Shown here: positions 49,310 to 62,219 of the stretch, in pieces
How positions within the stretch are numbered: position 1 is the stretch's first letter
Layout of the letters: each line of letters begins with the position of its first letter
From: Lytechinus pictus
Lineage: Eukaryota
Reading direction: 5' to 3'
DNA length: 64,000 nucleotides
NCBI RefSeq assembly: GCF_037042905.1
Contig: NC_087250.1
Coordinates: 8,682,001 to 8,746,000, forward strand
Position numbers and translations under genes: made by a program
Notes under the pieces: generated by a model
What the model was told of the DNA's origin: nothing
The model's input: only the letters and a program-made list of their open reading frames with translations
Databases searched by the model: none

Positions 49310-50843
49310 AGGAGAAATATATTGAAAATCGTAAAAATGGAGAATCATATATCAAATCAAAGGAGAAAATAAGGAGAACACGATGGTGTACATCATATAT
49401 CATGGAGACCGATGGAACTCAGTTAATTGATAGTTTAAAGTTCTCTCTCTGAATGCTTCAAACACGCAGAATTACGTCCGCGAAATTGGGGATTTTTTAT
49501 GACGTCACTTTCTGTACGAGAGGCGTGATTGGCTCTCCCACGTGAAGCTCCACTTGCATGCAAAACCTGTTGCGAGGCTACGTTTTCTCCACACTGTCAC
49601 TGAATACTTCGATTACGAAATGAAAGAAAACCCAGAATTTTATCTAGATTTGGATTTTCTAATTGATGATTTTGAAGATGAAGAGAATGATGATGAAATG
49701 AACAACAAAGTGACGTAGTTGGAGGTAAATTGGGGGAATTACGCCGATGATGATGAGTCGGACAATTCAACTTGCAACACGATCACATGCCGATTCGCTA
49801 CCTAACTCATGCAGCTGCTAAGTGCTAGCTACACCGCGCGGGCCAAATTGAATTCATGAAAATGAATTACCACACTGTCCAGACAGAGTCTCTTACCTCT
49901 GTGACTATGAAGAAGGAAAATAATGATAAAACTGTACAAATAAGTGAATGTAATCCGAACCTGAAGGCAAATCAACTCAACGAATAGCAGCAGACGATAT
50001 GCACCGATGATAAACTTCATGTGGCTGGGATAGATTGTCACTGGTTCTGTTAGATGTAATTTTTATCTCATTAATTTGACAAAATTACGAAACTCAGGGA
50101 ATTATTTATCTATATAAAAATATAGTAACATCTCGTATAATTTTTAAATTACGATAAAACGTTTTTTGAAGGAAAACGTTGAGGTAAATTAAAATTAGAT
50201 GTAAAAGATGCCCAACATGTGTAGCTTGATTGAGAGCTGTGCAACACGTGCATAGATCTACCCTCTCAGCCAAGGTGATCAAGCAATACGGCATGTTTGT
50301 GATTTTGATTACGATCACATATACAAGCTTTTAAAAGGTTGCATGAGTTAGGTAGCGAATCGGCATGTGATCGTGTTGCAAGTTGAATTGTCCGACTCAT
50401 CATCATCGGCGTAATTCCCCCAATTTACCTCCAACTACGTCACTTTGTTGTTCATTTCATCATCATTCTCTTCATCTTCAAAATCATCAATTAGAAAATC
50501 CAAATCTAGATAAAATTCTGGGTTTTCTTTCATTTCGTGATCGAAGTATTCAGTGACAGTGTGGAGAAAACGTACCCTCGCAACAGGTTTTGCATGCAAG
50601 TGGAGCTTCACGTGGGAGAGCCAATCACGCATCTCGTACAGAAAGTGACGTCATCAAATTCAAGTCAATTCAGAGACCGATGCGAGGCATATTTCGGAGA
50701 GGCATTTTGAGCGTTTTTTAATCGGCGATTTTCACCTTATGTATTATTTTCGTTATTTTTTAATAACCCACTGATAATCCCCACATCATTACCTTTCCAT
50801 TGACATATAATGAGACCACATTCATAATCAATATAGTTCTCAT
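49310..50843. mobile_element. Kolobok-like element with an internal 315-bp inverted duplication
   Basis: TTAA on both sides and imperfect TIR AGGAGAAATATATTGA/TCAATATAGTTCTCAT. Region 49499-49813 mirrors 50340-50654. Confidence 0.65.
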
Positions 50844-50867
50844 TTAAAATTGTAAATGCAATAGCTG

Positions 50868-52916
50868 CAAGCCTTGAAATAAGTGGGCGCTGAGCGCAAA
50901 TTCGCGCTCATAAAGCCAATGTAATTTAAATATCTGTAAAGCCAAAATCAAGTAACTTTCAATTTACAATAAACACAGTTTAAAATTGCCAAGTGCGTCT
51001 TGTTTTCTGTACCATAAACAGTGAGCTACGTCCGTCTTTTTTTTTCTGTAATACATGTGCGCGCGTGCTTCCGGTAGCGGTTTTTCCATACTTCACCATG
51101 TGCAATTTCTAATGCATACATTTCCAGTTAGGATATCACAATTCTGCGATATAGTAATTCGAATTGCACAGGAGATAAATCCCTATTCACAGCACATACG
51201 ATGTGCGAGTCTTTTATCCTCATAGTCGCCGACTTTGCTTGTCAAAACGGAGCCTTAATAATCCAAAATCACTTAGCTTTAAAGGGGAATACAACCTTGG
51301 TCACAAAATCTTGTGTTTGAAAGGAGAAAAATAAATAAAATAGAATTGTGAAAGTTTGAAAGCAATCGGACAAGCAATAAGAAAGTTATGGCTGTTTTAA
51401 AGTTGAGATCCCGAAGACTATGTAGATTTCAAATTGGCAACTGGGTAAGAAAATTATGACAAGGGGCAAGGACAACTTTCCCATAGGCCATGTACTTTAT
51501 TATCAGTGATTTGTGGTTTTCTCCTAAGTACCCATTCCCCTGGGGCAGTAATCTAAATATAGCCCAGGTGGTATATTGTTTAATGTCCTCATGAAAGAAA
51601 AATGTAATTTGAAATAAAACTTTTCGGAAAAATGACATTTTAGCCATAATATGTAGTGGAGTACATGGAAGAGTAGTCCTTGCCTTACATCACTATGACA
51701 TCCCATATGTGGCCAATTTGAAGTCTCCATGGTTATAGTGATTACCAATATTCACAGCTTTTGAAAATTCATAACTTTCTCATTGTTTGTCCGATATTGT
51801 TCAAACTTTCACCCATCAACTTGTCTGATTTTCCTTTTTCCTCTTAAAACAAGTTTTCGTTTGGGTTGGATTCCCCTTTAATATAGTTGTGAATTGTAGC
51901 TTTTTAATTTCTTTCCTGGAGAGGGGTAAATATCACACAATAAATCATCAAACAAGGCTCCATCTAAAAAAAAGTAGGACGCCATGCACTTGAGTGTGGT
52001 GTTAGCTAGCCAGTATGAGCTCATGTTCTCTGCCAGAGCTCTGGGTGAGAATTTTAAGTAATGGCCTAAGTGATGGTGATTTTCCGTTTCAGATAGAGTT
52101 TAGATTTCATGTTAATTTTTGAAAACTGTCAAAAAACTTTATGATTTCTTCATTATGATGAATATTTAAGTTATTAATGAATACATTTTCACCGAATTTA
52201 GACTCTCCCAGAATGAGAGGCATTTTCTGTGGAGATCTGCGTTTTCAAATAACTTGTGAAAAACTTAAGGTACGTGAACCTACAATACATGTACATAGCC
52301 TGTGGCTATGTGCTGAAATTTGAATAGACTGAGTTAGATATTGATTTCATTTCTTTATTTCTTTAACATAATTTTTATGCAATCCAAGTGCACCTCACAG
52401 TCACAATCACACACAAACACTCACCCACACCCATGATTCTAACCATGAAAAAAAAACTTAAAAATTATTAATTTTTTTATAAATTTATTATTATTTGATC
52501 TGAATTCTCTCTTTCTCCATCTCTCTCTCTTTTTTTATATTTTTATTTCATTCATTTATTTAGATTTTTTTTTTTTGGGGGGGGGTTCATTGTTCGTGGT
52601 TCATTAAAGATGAAAAATAAATGAGCCCATGTGTGTGTGGTTGTAAAGGGGATGTGCAGTGAGGGTGTCAAAACACACTTAAACATTTAAATCTGATTTC
52701 TTAAATGTTTGAAGAAGCCTAATACTTAGCATACATGCTATTCATGTACTAATTAAAAAATTGCAGGAGCTGCGCTTACTATAAACAAATTTGTGGTGTG
52801 GTTCACCGTTATGTATATTTTTAAAATTGCCCCCGGTTCCTGTAAAAAGCCTGTGAGCCGGGGGCAATTTTTTTAAAAAATTGCCCCCGGCTCACAGGTG
52901 CTTATTTCAAGGCTTG
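50868..52916. mobile_element. Non-autonomous hAT element with a nested Kolobok-like MITE
   Basis: TIR CAAGCCTTGAAATAAG/CTTATTTCAAGGCTTG with a perfect 8-bp TSD AATAGCTG (50860-50867, 52917-52924). Confidence 0.9.
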
Positions 52917-52928
52917 AATAGCTGTGTA

Positions 52929-53966
52929 CCGTAAGTAACGGACTATAAACCGCACCCGTGGATTAACCGCACCCCCAACTTTGGAATTAAAAAAAAAAAA
53001 AAAAAAAAAAAATCCTCACATTATATTTGAGGTACGAAGAAACAAAAACTAAGTTAAAGATTTCAAAGTATCCAAAGAGATTACCGGTATGCGGAAATCT
53101 GCTGTTTTTGATCAATTCATCTACAAATGTTTGCAAGAAAGAAAGGTCCCGACAATATTGGCCACTTACACACTCACTCACCTCACAGTCACAGTGTACA
53201 CACACACAGCACTGCCGTTCTTGTACATTGCAAACTACGATACGGTACCAGTACATCTTATCAAATAATGATCTGTGTCTTTCCCGCCGTAGGAGAAAGA
53301 AAAATTCACATTTCTTGCATCACAAACTCACAATCACTTTCAGAATTTGTCTAGCATTCGATGTCTTAGCATGAATTTTGGATACGGGATTACAGGAAGG
53401 TTCAAGAAACAAAGAAATTGGCATTTTTTACAGTTGTTTTGACGGCTTCGTGCCGTCTCTCTCATTGCGTGGTGTACATGGTATCTTATGAAAAGCAAAC
53501 GGGAAAGAAAAACATAAGCTGGCGCGAAACGGGACTTTGGAGGGGATCGAGGGTTAAAATGAATAGGGCCAGCTTAAGTCGCACTATAACCACAATATAT
53601 ACAACGCAAGCTAGCTCAGCTAACTCAACTCTCGCGCTCGCTCAGCTGTGGCAAAATATTACCGAGTATGATTGGCCTCTCTTTGAACTTAGCCAGGGAA
53701 CTTCGCTGCTTTGAACCGAGAATAAAGTCGAAATTAGTGTCATGAAGGTGGTTGCGTTTGTTACAATCGCTTCTCATTACCCGCAGCTCATACCCCTCTA
53801 AACGACATTGCCCTGGGCGGCTACGCCCGGCCACTCGATGTGTTGTGAACTGGCAGAGGGGTTACGACGGGCTGGCTCAGACCCGTCACCGTGGCTAAAC
53901 CGCACCCCGACTTTTGCTTACTATCCCACCGAGAAAAAGGTGCGGTTAATAGACCGTTACTTACGG
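52929..53966. mobile_element. Non-autonomous Tc1/pogo (Tigger-like) element
   Basis: TA TSD and TIR CCGTAAGTAACGG...AACCGCACC, with subterminal AACCGCACCC repeats. Confidence 0.85.
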
Positions 53967-54112
53967 TAGCTATTAATCTGTGGTGAAACTAGGCCTGGGT
54001 CATTACGTTCGATATTGCGCTCCTTAAAAAGAAAAAAGAAAAAAAACTTTGCAAAAAAATTGCTAAAATTCACATTTTACATCTTTAATCCATGAAATGG
54101 CCATCTATTTTC

Positions 54113-54448
54113 CATAATTCCTTGAAATTATTTTTGTTTAGTAGAAAACTGTCAGGAAAATGAAGAATATTCAGCTCTTTTTTTTTTTTACTCTTGATTG
54201 TTGTTACAATCGGTAAGTATTGTACATGTAGTTCCACATGTAGACTTCCATGGTGTTGCAACACAAACTGAAAACGATCGTTGATCGTTATTGATCGTAT
54301 TATACTTGGTCAACACCATGAAAATCTACATATGGGACTACACTATTTACCACGTTTACCGTCATAAATCAGAGTCAAGAAAGAAGTGAATATTCTTCAT
54401 TTTTTCAGTAGTTTCCAACTAAATCAAAATAATTTCAAGGAATTATGA
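54113..54448. repeat. Degenerate foldback MITE
   Basis: CATAATTCCTTGAAATTATTT...CATGGTGTTG is mirrored by CAACACCATG...AAATAATTTCAAGGAATTATG. Confidence 0.7.
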
Positions 54449-54737
54449 AGTCAGGTTTAACTTAGACCGTGGTCTATCTCTGTGCTAAAATTATGGGGAG
54501 CCAAAATAGTCAAAATTGTTATTAAGTTGTATGTTTCTTCATTTATTTAATATACTTCCAAGACAATTATGAATGATTTGAGATCCAAATGAGCTGAAAA
54601 ATGATATCTCTACTGTTAGTGATTTATGTAACAATTGGCTATCCATACTAAAACCACAACTTTAAAACTGAGTTTAAGTTAAACCCGACTTCAGAATACG
54701 GGCCAATGTGTTCATATTTTCATATTACTTCTTCTAG

Positions 54738-54869
54738 AAAGTTGATCCAGATGCTTTGACCAGTACTACACTAATCAAGAATGCTGCGGCCATGACGGTT
54801 GATGCTGCTTCTGCACTTCTCACCCAAACGTTTGTAGCTGTCATCGACAAGTACAAGGAACTTGCAAAG
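54738..54869 (+). CDS. DIABLO: DIABLO/Smac-like, 132-nt exon
   Basis: KVDPDALTSTTLIKNAAAMTVDAASALLTQTFVAVIDKYKELAK aligns with human [46 protein letters not shown]/GT boundaries, phase 0. Confidence 0.88.
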
Positions 54870-54899
54870 GTACACAAAATTCATTAGCTCGTCTTCATT

Positions 54900-55384
54900 T
54901 GTATGAAAGAATGTCTGTCTCAAAAGTGCAGGCATGCCCATTTTCACTCAAATCACCAAACTTGGTGTTTCCTAGCGGGAAAATTGTTCTTCCGATTGCG
55001 CTGAAAGAAAATTATGTGAGCATGGGCTGCATCAAATTCTCATAATTGAACGGATTCCAAGACGGTGTGATCTAATTTCAATTTAATTTTGGGGAGATTT
55101 GTCACAGATTGACCTACAGCTAAAAAGCAATCTATCAATGCAATACGCCTCCACCTTGACATACCATTTGCAGTCACAAATATTTGTATTGAAATTATGG
55201 AATTCTCTTATTGACATAACTTTTTATAATATTGCTTAGTGTAGATGAATCTATTTCTCCTATTTGTCAATTAATTGTTTAAAATAAAAGAAATTTAGAA
55301 ACATTGCAACATAAAACACCAAGTTTGGTGATTTGAGTGAAAATGGGCATGCCTGCACTTTTGAGACAGACATTCTTTCATACA
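54900..55384. mobile_element. MITE with perfect ~71-bp TIRs, 30 nt downstream of a DIABLO donor
   Basis: 54900-54970 is the exact reverse complement of 55314-55384. Confidence 0.85.
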
Positions 55385-55959
55385 TAGATTACAAATAATT
55401 TCTTGCAACATCCCTTTAGATATTGAAATCCTCTTTGATTTTTTTCTATTCACTCAATGTAGGACATTGAACGTTTGATGGATAATGACTATGAAATTCT
55501 ATTTACAGCTCATTTAATTTTATTGCACAGTGTAAAGGAATATGTTGTTCTGCCTCATGGCTGCGAAAGGTGTCCCATTTGTTTATAAAATCGTTTCAAA
55601 TCAAATAAATGACAATGAATTATAACAGGGACCTGCCTTTATACAAATTGTTGCAATCGATCCAATCGACCACAACTACGGAAAGCCAGCAATGCCAACA
55701 TCTAAAATGCGCATCAATTGGTCAAAAAAAAAAGTCTGGATATGAATATACTCGTCCATTCATTGTTCTCTTGACACTTCATTGTGCTTCTCCTTTGCTT
55801 ACAAAGGACATTGTGCAAATCTCCCGTAGGAAAAATAATGACAATTATGGATTTCCATCTAGTTGAGGTTGCTTTGATCAATCACAAATCTATGTAAGAT
55901 GGGATACAGAAATTTGCCGTTGATTGCAAGCATTTCCTTGTAAGATATTGAAATCATTT

Positions 55960-56476
55960 GTTTGTTTCTGTTACCTGACTTTTCTTCCTTTAAAAAAAAT
56001 TTACTTATGTTATTATGTTGTCTTGTACTGTCCTGTCTCTTGTTGTGTCTTGTCTTCTATGTCCTGTCATTCCCTCTCTCTTTTTGCATTTTCTTCTGTC
56101 TTGCGCAACATATCCTTCACAACGAAGACCTCTTTGTGTGAATAGCTTTGCATTTGTTCAGTAATTATGTTTACATCAATATGATTTTGACCCTTTTGCT
56201 CTTTCTCTTTTTTCTTTCCTGTATAAATACGCATATATGAATAAGTCGACTATATTTTCTTCATTTCCAAGGGGGATCCACACTTTACAAGCTTTGCTCT
56301 TTAGTGGACCCCCCCCCTCATTTCCATTTATGCTCAATATTATACTGTTTTTGTTTGTTTTACGAAGTAAGAATGCTCGTCTGTAAAATTGTACTTGATT
56401 TGTATTACTTTATATTACTTTGTATTGTGTTTTGAATGGAAATGGAATAAAGAATTGAATTATATTGAATTGAATT
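55960..56476 (+). mobile_element. 3' UTR/tail fragment of a Crack/Daphne-like LINE
   Basis: GGGGGATCCAC...ACAAGC...GTGGACCCCC stem-loop, AATAAA and a (TTGAA)n tail. The 5' boundary is uncertain. Confidence 0.55.
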
Positions 56477-56480
56477 ATAG

Positions 56481-56612
56481 GATACTGAGCTTCTCATGGA
56501 TAGAGTTCAGAAGCATCGGCAAGTAGAGAATCTTGGCTACCATTCTGAAGAACTGTGGGAAGAGGTCATCAGGGCAAGGGTCAACATTGATGATCGCAGA
56601 CATGAGCTACAG
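56481..56612 (+). CDS. DIABLO: DIABLO/Smac-like, 132-nt exon
   Basis: ...HSEELWEEVIRARVNIDDRRHELQ aligns with human [25 protein letters not shown]/GT boundaries, phase 0. Confidence 0.85.
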
Positions 56613-57047
56613 GTATTTTTTTACACCTCTTCCTACCAAAGGTGGCCCCTATTCTGAAGTCTGGGGAGTGTTTCATTAACATTTTCATCCGACAAGTTGT
56701 CAGATCTGACATCTTTCTCTGATGTTGATTGGCTGAGAGGTACTGTCACTATGGTAACTGTCGGATAAAATGGGACTTGTCGGATAAAACGTCCGACAAG
56801 TCCTTTCATGAAACGCCCCCCAGGTCTAACTCTGTGCTAAAATTATGGAAAGCGAAAAATGTCAAAGGTTTCCTCACATTGCATATTTCTTGTGTTTACT
56901 GTGCTCTTTCCTAAGTTGTGAATGGTGAAGAAAGCTATATTGTTTATCCTTCTAAAACAGTTGAGAATGATTTGAGAGAAAAATTAGCAAATGTCATTGA
57001 AATTTTACTGTTAGAGATGTATGCCACTCTGGACTGTCCATAGTTAA

Positions 57048-57636
57048 AGGACAAGTCCACCCCAACATAAAGTTGATTTGAATAAAAAGAGAAAAATCCA
57101 ACAAGCATGACACTGAAAATTTCATCAAAATCGGATGTAAAATAAGAAAGTTATGACATTTTAAAGGTTTGCTTAATTTCACCAAACAGTTATATGCACA
57201 TCCTGGTCAGTATGCAAATGAGGAGACTGATGACGTCATCCACTCACTATTTCTTTTGTATTTTATTATTTGAAATATGAAATATTCTAATTTACTCCTC
57301 ATTGTCAAGTGAAACAATGATTAATTCCTCCTGAACATGTGGAATTAGCATTGTTTAATACTATATAGTTCAGTCAAGTTGGTCCTTATTGTCAAATCTG
57401 TAAAAAATGAAATATTGTATAATTCAAACAATAAAAAACAAAAGAAATAGTGAGTGAGTGACATCATCGACTCTCTCATTTGCATGTCACTGAGTTGTGC
57501 ATATCACTGTTTTGTGAAAAATAAGCGAAACTTAAAAATGCCATAACTTTCTTATTTTACATCCGATTTTTATGAAATTTTCAGCATTTTGCTAGTTTGA
57601 TTTTTCTCTATTTATTAAAATCAACATTTCTCTGGG
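57048..57636. mobile_element. Kolobok-like MITE (AGGACAAGTCCAC family), right TIR lost
   Basis: Colinear with 17040-18047 minus its nested insert. Confidence 0.8.
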
Positions 57637-57837
57637 CTGTCCATAGTTAAACCACAGTTTGAATGAACCCTGACTTTAGAATATGGGTCATTGGGGCTAC
57701 CGCATACCTAAAGACAGGTCTACGACACATTTCTGAAAGAAATAGTCTAGGACATTTTCTAATAAGATAAACATAGAATGATCTTGTTTGAGGTTCAATT
57801 TACTAATATCAAATTTTTGTGTAATTACAAGTCTTAA

Positions 57838-58621
57838 CCCTCAATCTCCCGGGGTATTCTGATTCTTGTCATTCCCGGGGGGGGGGGGGGGGGGGGGTGG
57901 GCATTATGGCCCCCCCTTAAGATCTCAGCCGTGGATTGCACGATCACAACGAAAATTTGCATGATGGTAGAGAATGACGTAATCTACGCAGTTGCATTGG
58001 TAAATTTCACTGAATTCATATATTTTTATTTTATATGAATTAATTATGCTAATTTATTCATGAAATCATACTTTTTGCTCTGATTCACTAAATAAAGCTC
58101 CTAGAATGCTTTTTTTTGGTGAAAATATTCTTTATAGCATTCCTAACAATTGTGAATGAAAAAAATTCTGGTACCAAGACCAATTTCTTATGTATTTTAT
58201 TGTTTTTTTAATTTCTTATGTATTTCTTTGTTTTTTTACTTTTTGTTTTTTATTGTTTTTTCAATGGAAATTGTTCCAGACTTAATTCTAATCATAAACA
58301 AGGCAAAATTAATTAAGTTTGATCATTAAAAGTAGAAATAATGATACATTTATGAATTTTGGCCAAATACACAATTTGCATTGGATTTGTACATGAAATC
58401 ACGTTTATGAGCAATTTTGGGTCTGACATGCACTTACATAATGTTGCGTAATGTCGAAACCGCGTACCCGGGCGTCACAAATTTGGTCTCAAAATTTGCG
58501 CGAGACTTAAAAGTAAAAAGTCAGTGAGCGGCGAGGTCAAAAAATTTTGCGCAGCAGATATATCGCAAAAATTGTCGAGGGGGGGGGGCCATAATGGCCC
58601 CCCCCCCCGGGAGAATTAGGG
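57838..58621. mobile_element. piggyBac-like MITE
   Basis: TTAA TSD and CCCT...AGGG termini (CCCTCAATCTCCCGGGG / CCCCGGGAGAATTAGGG). Confidence 0.85.
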
Positions 58622-60739
58622 TTAAAGAGTTTGCAATAGCGTTCAAATTGGTCACAATCATAGCTAGTCACATAATTGCTATGACATCATTATGATTCTG
58701 GAATGAATTTGTTTTTATACTTATGAAGTATTCATATATGGCTTGTTATGAATTGATCTAATGCCAATTCGTCCAATTACCAACTCATCTACCATCAGCT
58801 CGTCTTCTATCTTCATGGTCTAATTGCCATTTCGTCCACTCACCATTTTGTCAAACAACCTGTTGGTCCACATACCCCGGGGAAGAACAGGTTGGTTATT
58901 AATAGCCAATCTGAAATGGGTCTATCCCTGCAATACATAATTTTGTATTACATGCATTGTTAAGTTTGATTATTGTTACATTGTTATATTGTATATAATT
59001 ATTTGATCGTGTAATGTTTATTTTGTTTATATTTATGTATTTTTTAAATCGTGAATAAAACCAAACCAAACCATACTATGTGGCTCAATTGGACTTGGTG
59101 TTAATTAGGTGAAATGACTGAAAAGAAAATGGGTTATGAGATGAAATGGTCATAGACTAACTGGTGATTAGACAGAGTGATGATTGGACCAATTGGTTAT
59201 TGGACCAAACGGTTGTTAGTCAAAATATAAATGGACGGAATGGCATAAGACTAGATGAAGGTAGACCATGTGCAGAGTGGACGTATTGGTAATAGATGAA
59301 TTGGCAATTTACCCAAGTCATATAACAATTCAGAACAGGGAGTCGTTTGTTCCATGATCAAATCATCTCATCAAAGACTTATTCCAGTTTTGGGTTGTAG
59401 GCCAATTAAAAGTTGGCCTTTATGCTTTGGGCTTTCATTCTGTCTGTCCCATTTTAGTTCTCTCGATAATGAAATGATGAATCATCTTCAAACATAGTCA
59501 AAGCATGCATGTCTGAGTGATGATGATCTAGTAGTTTTGGGGGTATCGAGGTTCAAGTCCAAAAGGTTGCGGGGGTCATTTATCTACCCGAAAAAAGGGA
59601 AACTTTGGCCCGTATTCTGAACTCGGGTTTAAATTAAACCCTGGCTTGAAGTTGTGGTTTAACAATAGAAAGCCAATTCGGGTACAAATTCCTAACAACT
59701 AACACTTTCAGTTTATTACCTCATATGACATCCAAATTGGTGATTGTCTGGGAATGATAACTTAAAGGGGAATCCAGCCTTGGCCATAAAATGTTGTGTT
59801 GGGAAGGAGAAAAATAAATTAAACAGAATGGTGAAAGTTTGAAAGAAATCGGACAAGCAATAAGAAAGTTATACATGTAGCTGCTTTAAAATTGAGATCA
59901 CTAATACTATGTAGATTTCAAATTGGCAACTGAGTAAGTAAATTATGACAAGGGGCAAGGACAACTTTCCCATAGGCCATGTACTTTATTATCAGGGATT
60001 TGTGGTTTTCTCCTAGTAAGTACCCATTCCCTGGGGCAGTAATCTAAATATAACCCAGGTAGTATATTGTTTTATGTCCTCATGAAAGAAAAATATAATG
60101 TGGAATAAAACTTTTGGAAAAAATGACATTTTAGCCATAATATGTATTGGAGTACATGGAAGAGTAGTCCTTGCCTTACATCACTATGACATCCCATATG
60201 CGGCCAATTTGAAGTCTCCATGGGTATAGTGATTACCAATATTTACAACATTTAAAAATTCATAACTTTCTTGTTGTTTGTGCAATATTGTTCAAACTTT
60301 CACCTATCAACTTGTCTGATTTTTCTCTTCCTTATAAAAACAAGTTTTTATTTGGGTTGGATTCCCCTTGAAGTATTTTTCTTCATTATGAATCAAAGCA
60401 AAAGGAAACAAAACAAAGTAAGCATAAGAAATATACAATATAAACAGAATTTTGAAGTGTTGGCTCTCCATAATCTTAGCACAGAGTAAGACTGTGGTCT
60501 TAGTTAAACCTGACTTCAGAATACGGGCCTCAGAGAATCTGATTTTCATTGATTTGATAATGATTTAGAAGAAAAAATATTTTGGCAATAACATGTATTG
60601 TTGCACTGCTCCATTTAATGACAGATCGAGTTGTCCTAATAGGCTTATCAAACATTGAGATTTAGGAAGACTACCACTAACTATTGCTGACTTAAAATCT
60701 TCAGGAATGTCAATTCTCTTGTGTTTCCCGCCTCTTCAG

Positions 60740-60985
60740 GACCTTGAAGCTATTTTAAACAGCGCCCTCTTAACCCTGGAGGCAGCATCCGAAGCAGCCT
60801 TCCAGGCCGGCAACGAGGAACTAGCCATGATGGGGCGAGACAGATGCCAGTACGTCAACACGCAGATCGCCCTGACTCGAGCCGTCATCCAGAAAGCGGA
60901 GACTGCTCTGGTGAAACTGCAAGCGGAGACTATCAAGGAGACCAAAACAGAGATGGAGGATGCAGATGCAGGCTCCTGTAAATAG
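60740..60985 (+). CDS. DIABLO: DIABLO/Smac-like, last coding exon
   Basis: EAASEAAFQAGNE...QKAETALVKLQAE aligns with human EMAAEAAYQTGAD...RKAETKLAEAQIE. Polypyrimidine CAG acceptor and TAG stop. Confidence 0.9.
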   Translation, partial: DLEAILNSALLTLEAASEAAFQAGNEELAMMGRDRCQYVNTQIALTRAVIQKAETALVKLQAETIKETKTEMEDADAGSCK

Positions 60986-62219
60986 TCCGCAGAGGTATGT
61001 TTCATTTTAAGATACTGGAAGTGTCTGGTGAAGCTGCAAGTAGAGACCAAACCCTCAAAGAAACAGACTGAGGGAGATGTTGATTCAGGAACAGGCTCCA
61101 GTAAATAGGACAGAGAAGAGGATTGTTACGGGCCCACATCTCCATATGCAAGATGTGCAATCAATCATAGAACATTATTCTATGATTGATTGTATTGACT
61201 TCACTGTACAATTAAATTATTGCGATTAATCGCCAGCCGTTGTGTTATGGGGCCTAACGTTAGGTCTCCATATGCAAGTTTTGCAATCGATCACTAAGTG
61301 GCAATAGACAACCAAGATCTAGTTGTTGCATGCACTCACCAGAGGATTATTTTCAATGTGCCTAATACCAATTAATCCATTTACCAACTGTTCTATCATT
61401 TAGTTTACCATCAGTTCAGCCACATGGTCTAATTGTCTTTTCGTCTAATAACCAGTTGGTCAAATAGCCATATAGTCCAAATACTATTTGGTGTAATTGG
61501 ACTCATTGTTAATTGGGCAAAATGAATGAAAATAAAATGGATATTAGACCAACTGGTTATGAGACAAAAGGGTCATAGACGAACTGGTGATTAGACAAAA
61601 TGCTGATGGACGAAATGGCATTTAGACTAAATGAAGGTAGACCATTTGATGAGTGGACGAGTTGGCAATAGACAAATTGGCAATTTACTCACCAGGAACC
61701 GGTCAGATTTGTTCTTTTCGTGTTTGCAATCCATCCCCCTCCATTTGCAAATGGCTCCTATCGCACCTTTGAATGTTTTAACAGAAATATAGCGCAATGT
61801 AAACGATGTAGATCATCATCATCATCGTCATCCCAAACAATAATTGAACAACGATCATATGGGCAGGGAAAAATATTAATTGTGTCTGATTATTTTTTCT
61901 ATGTAAATTCGTCCCAATTTTTTGTGAATGAAAAATCTCTCTAAGTATACATATGATCGATATTGATTTTTTTTTTTTGGGGGGGGCTTTCTGAGATGAC
62001 CACAGCAGAACTCACAAATCATCTTTTTCTCAAAATTCTTACAGTAGGCCTACACATAATTCTGTTGTAATCATGGCAGCTTCTAAATATCCTAATGTAT
62101 TAGCATCAAATTCAGCTACCGATAGGCAGTTGAAGTAAAGCTATTAGGAAATCAATTGCAGCTTTGATCATCCTGTGTTTATTAGCGCAGGGGGGGGGGG
62201 GGCGTCTTCCTTGTCAATT

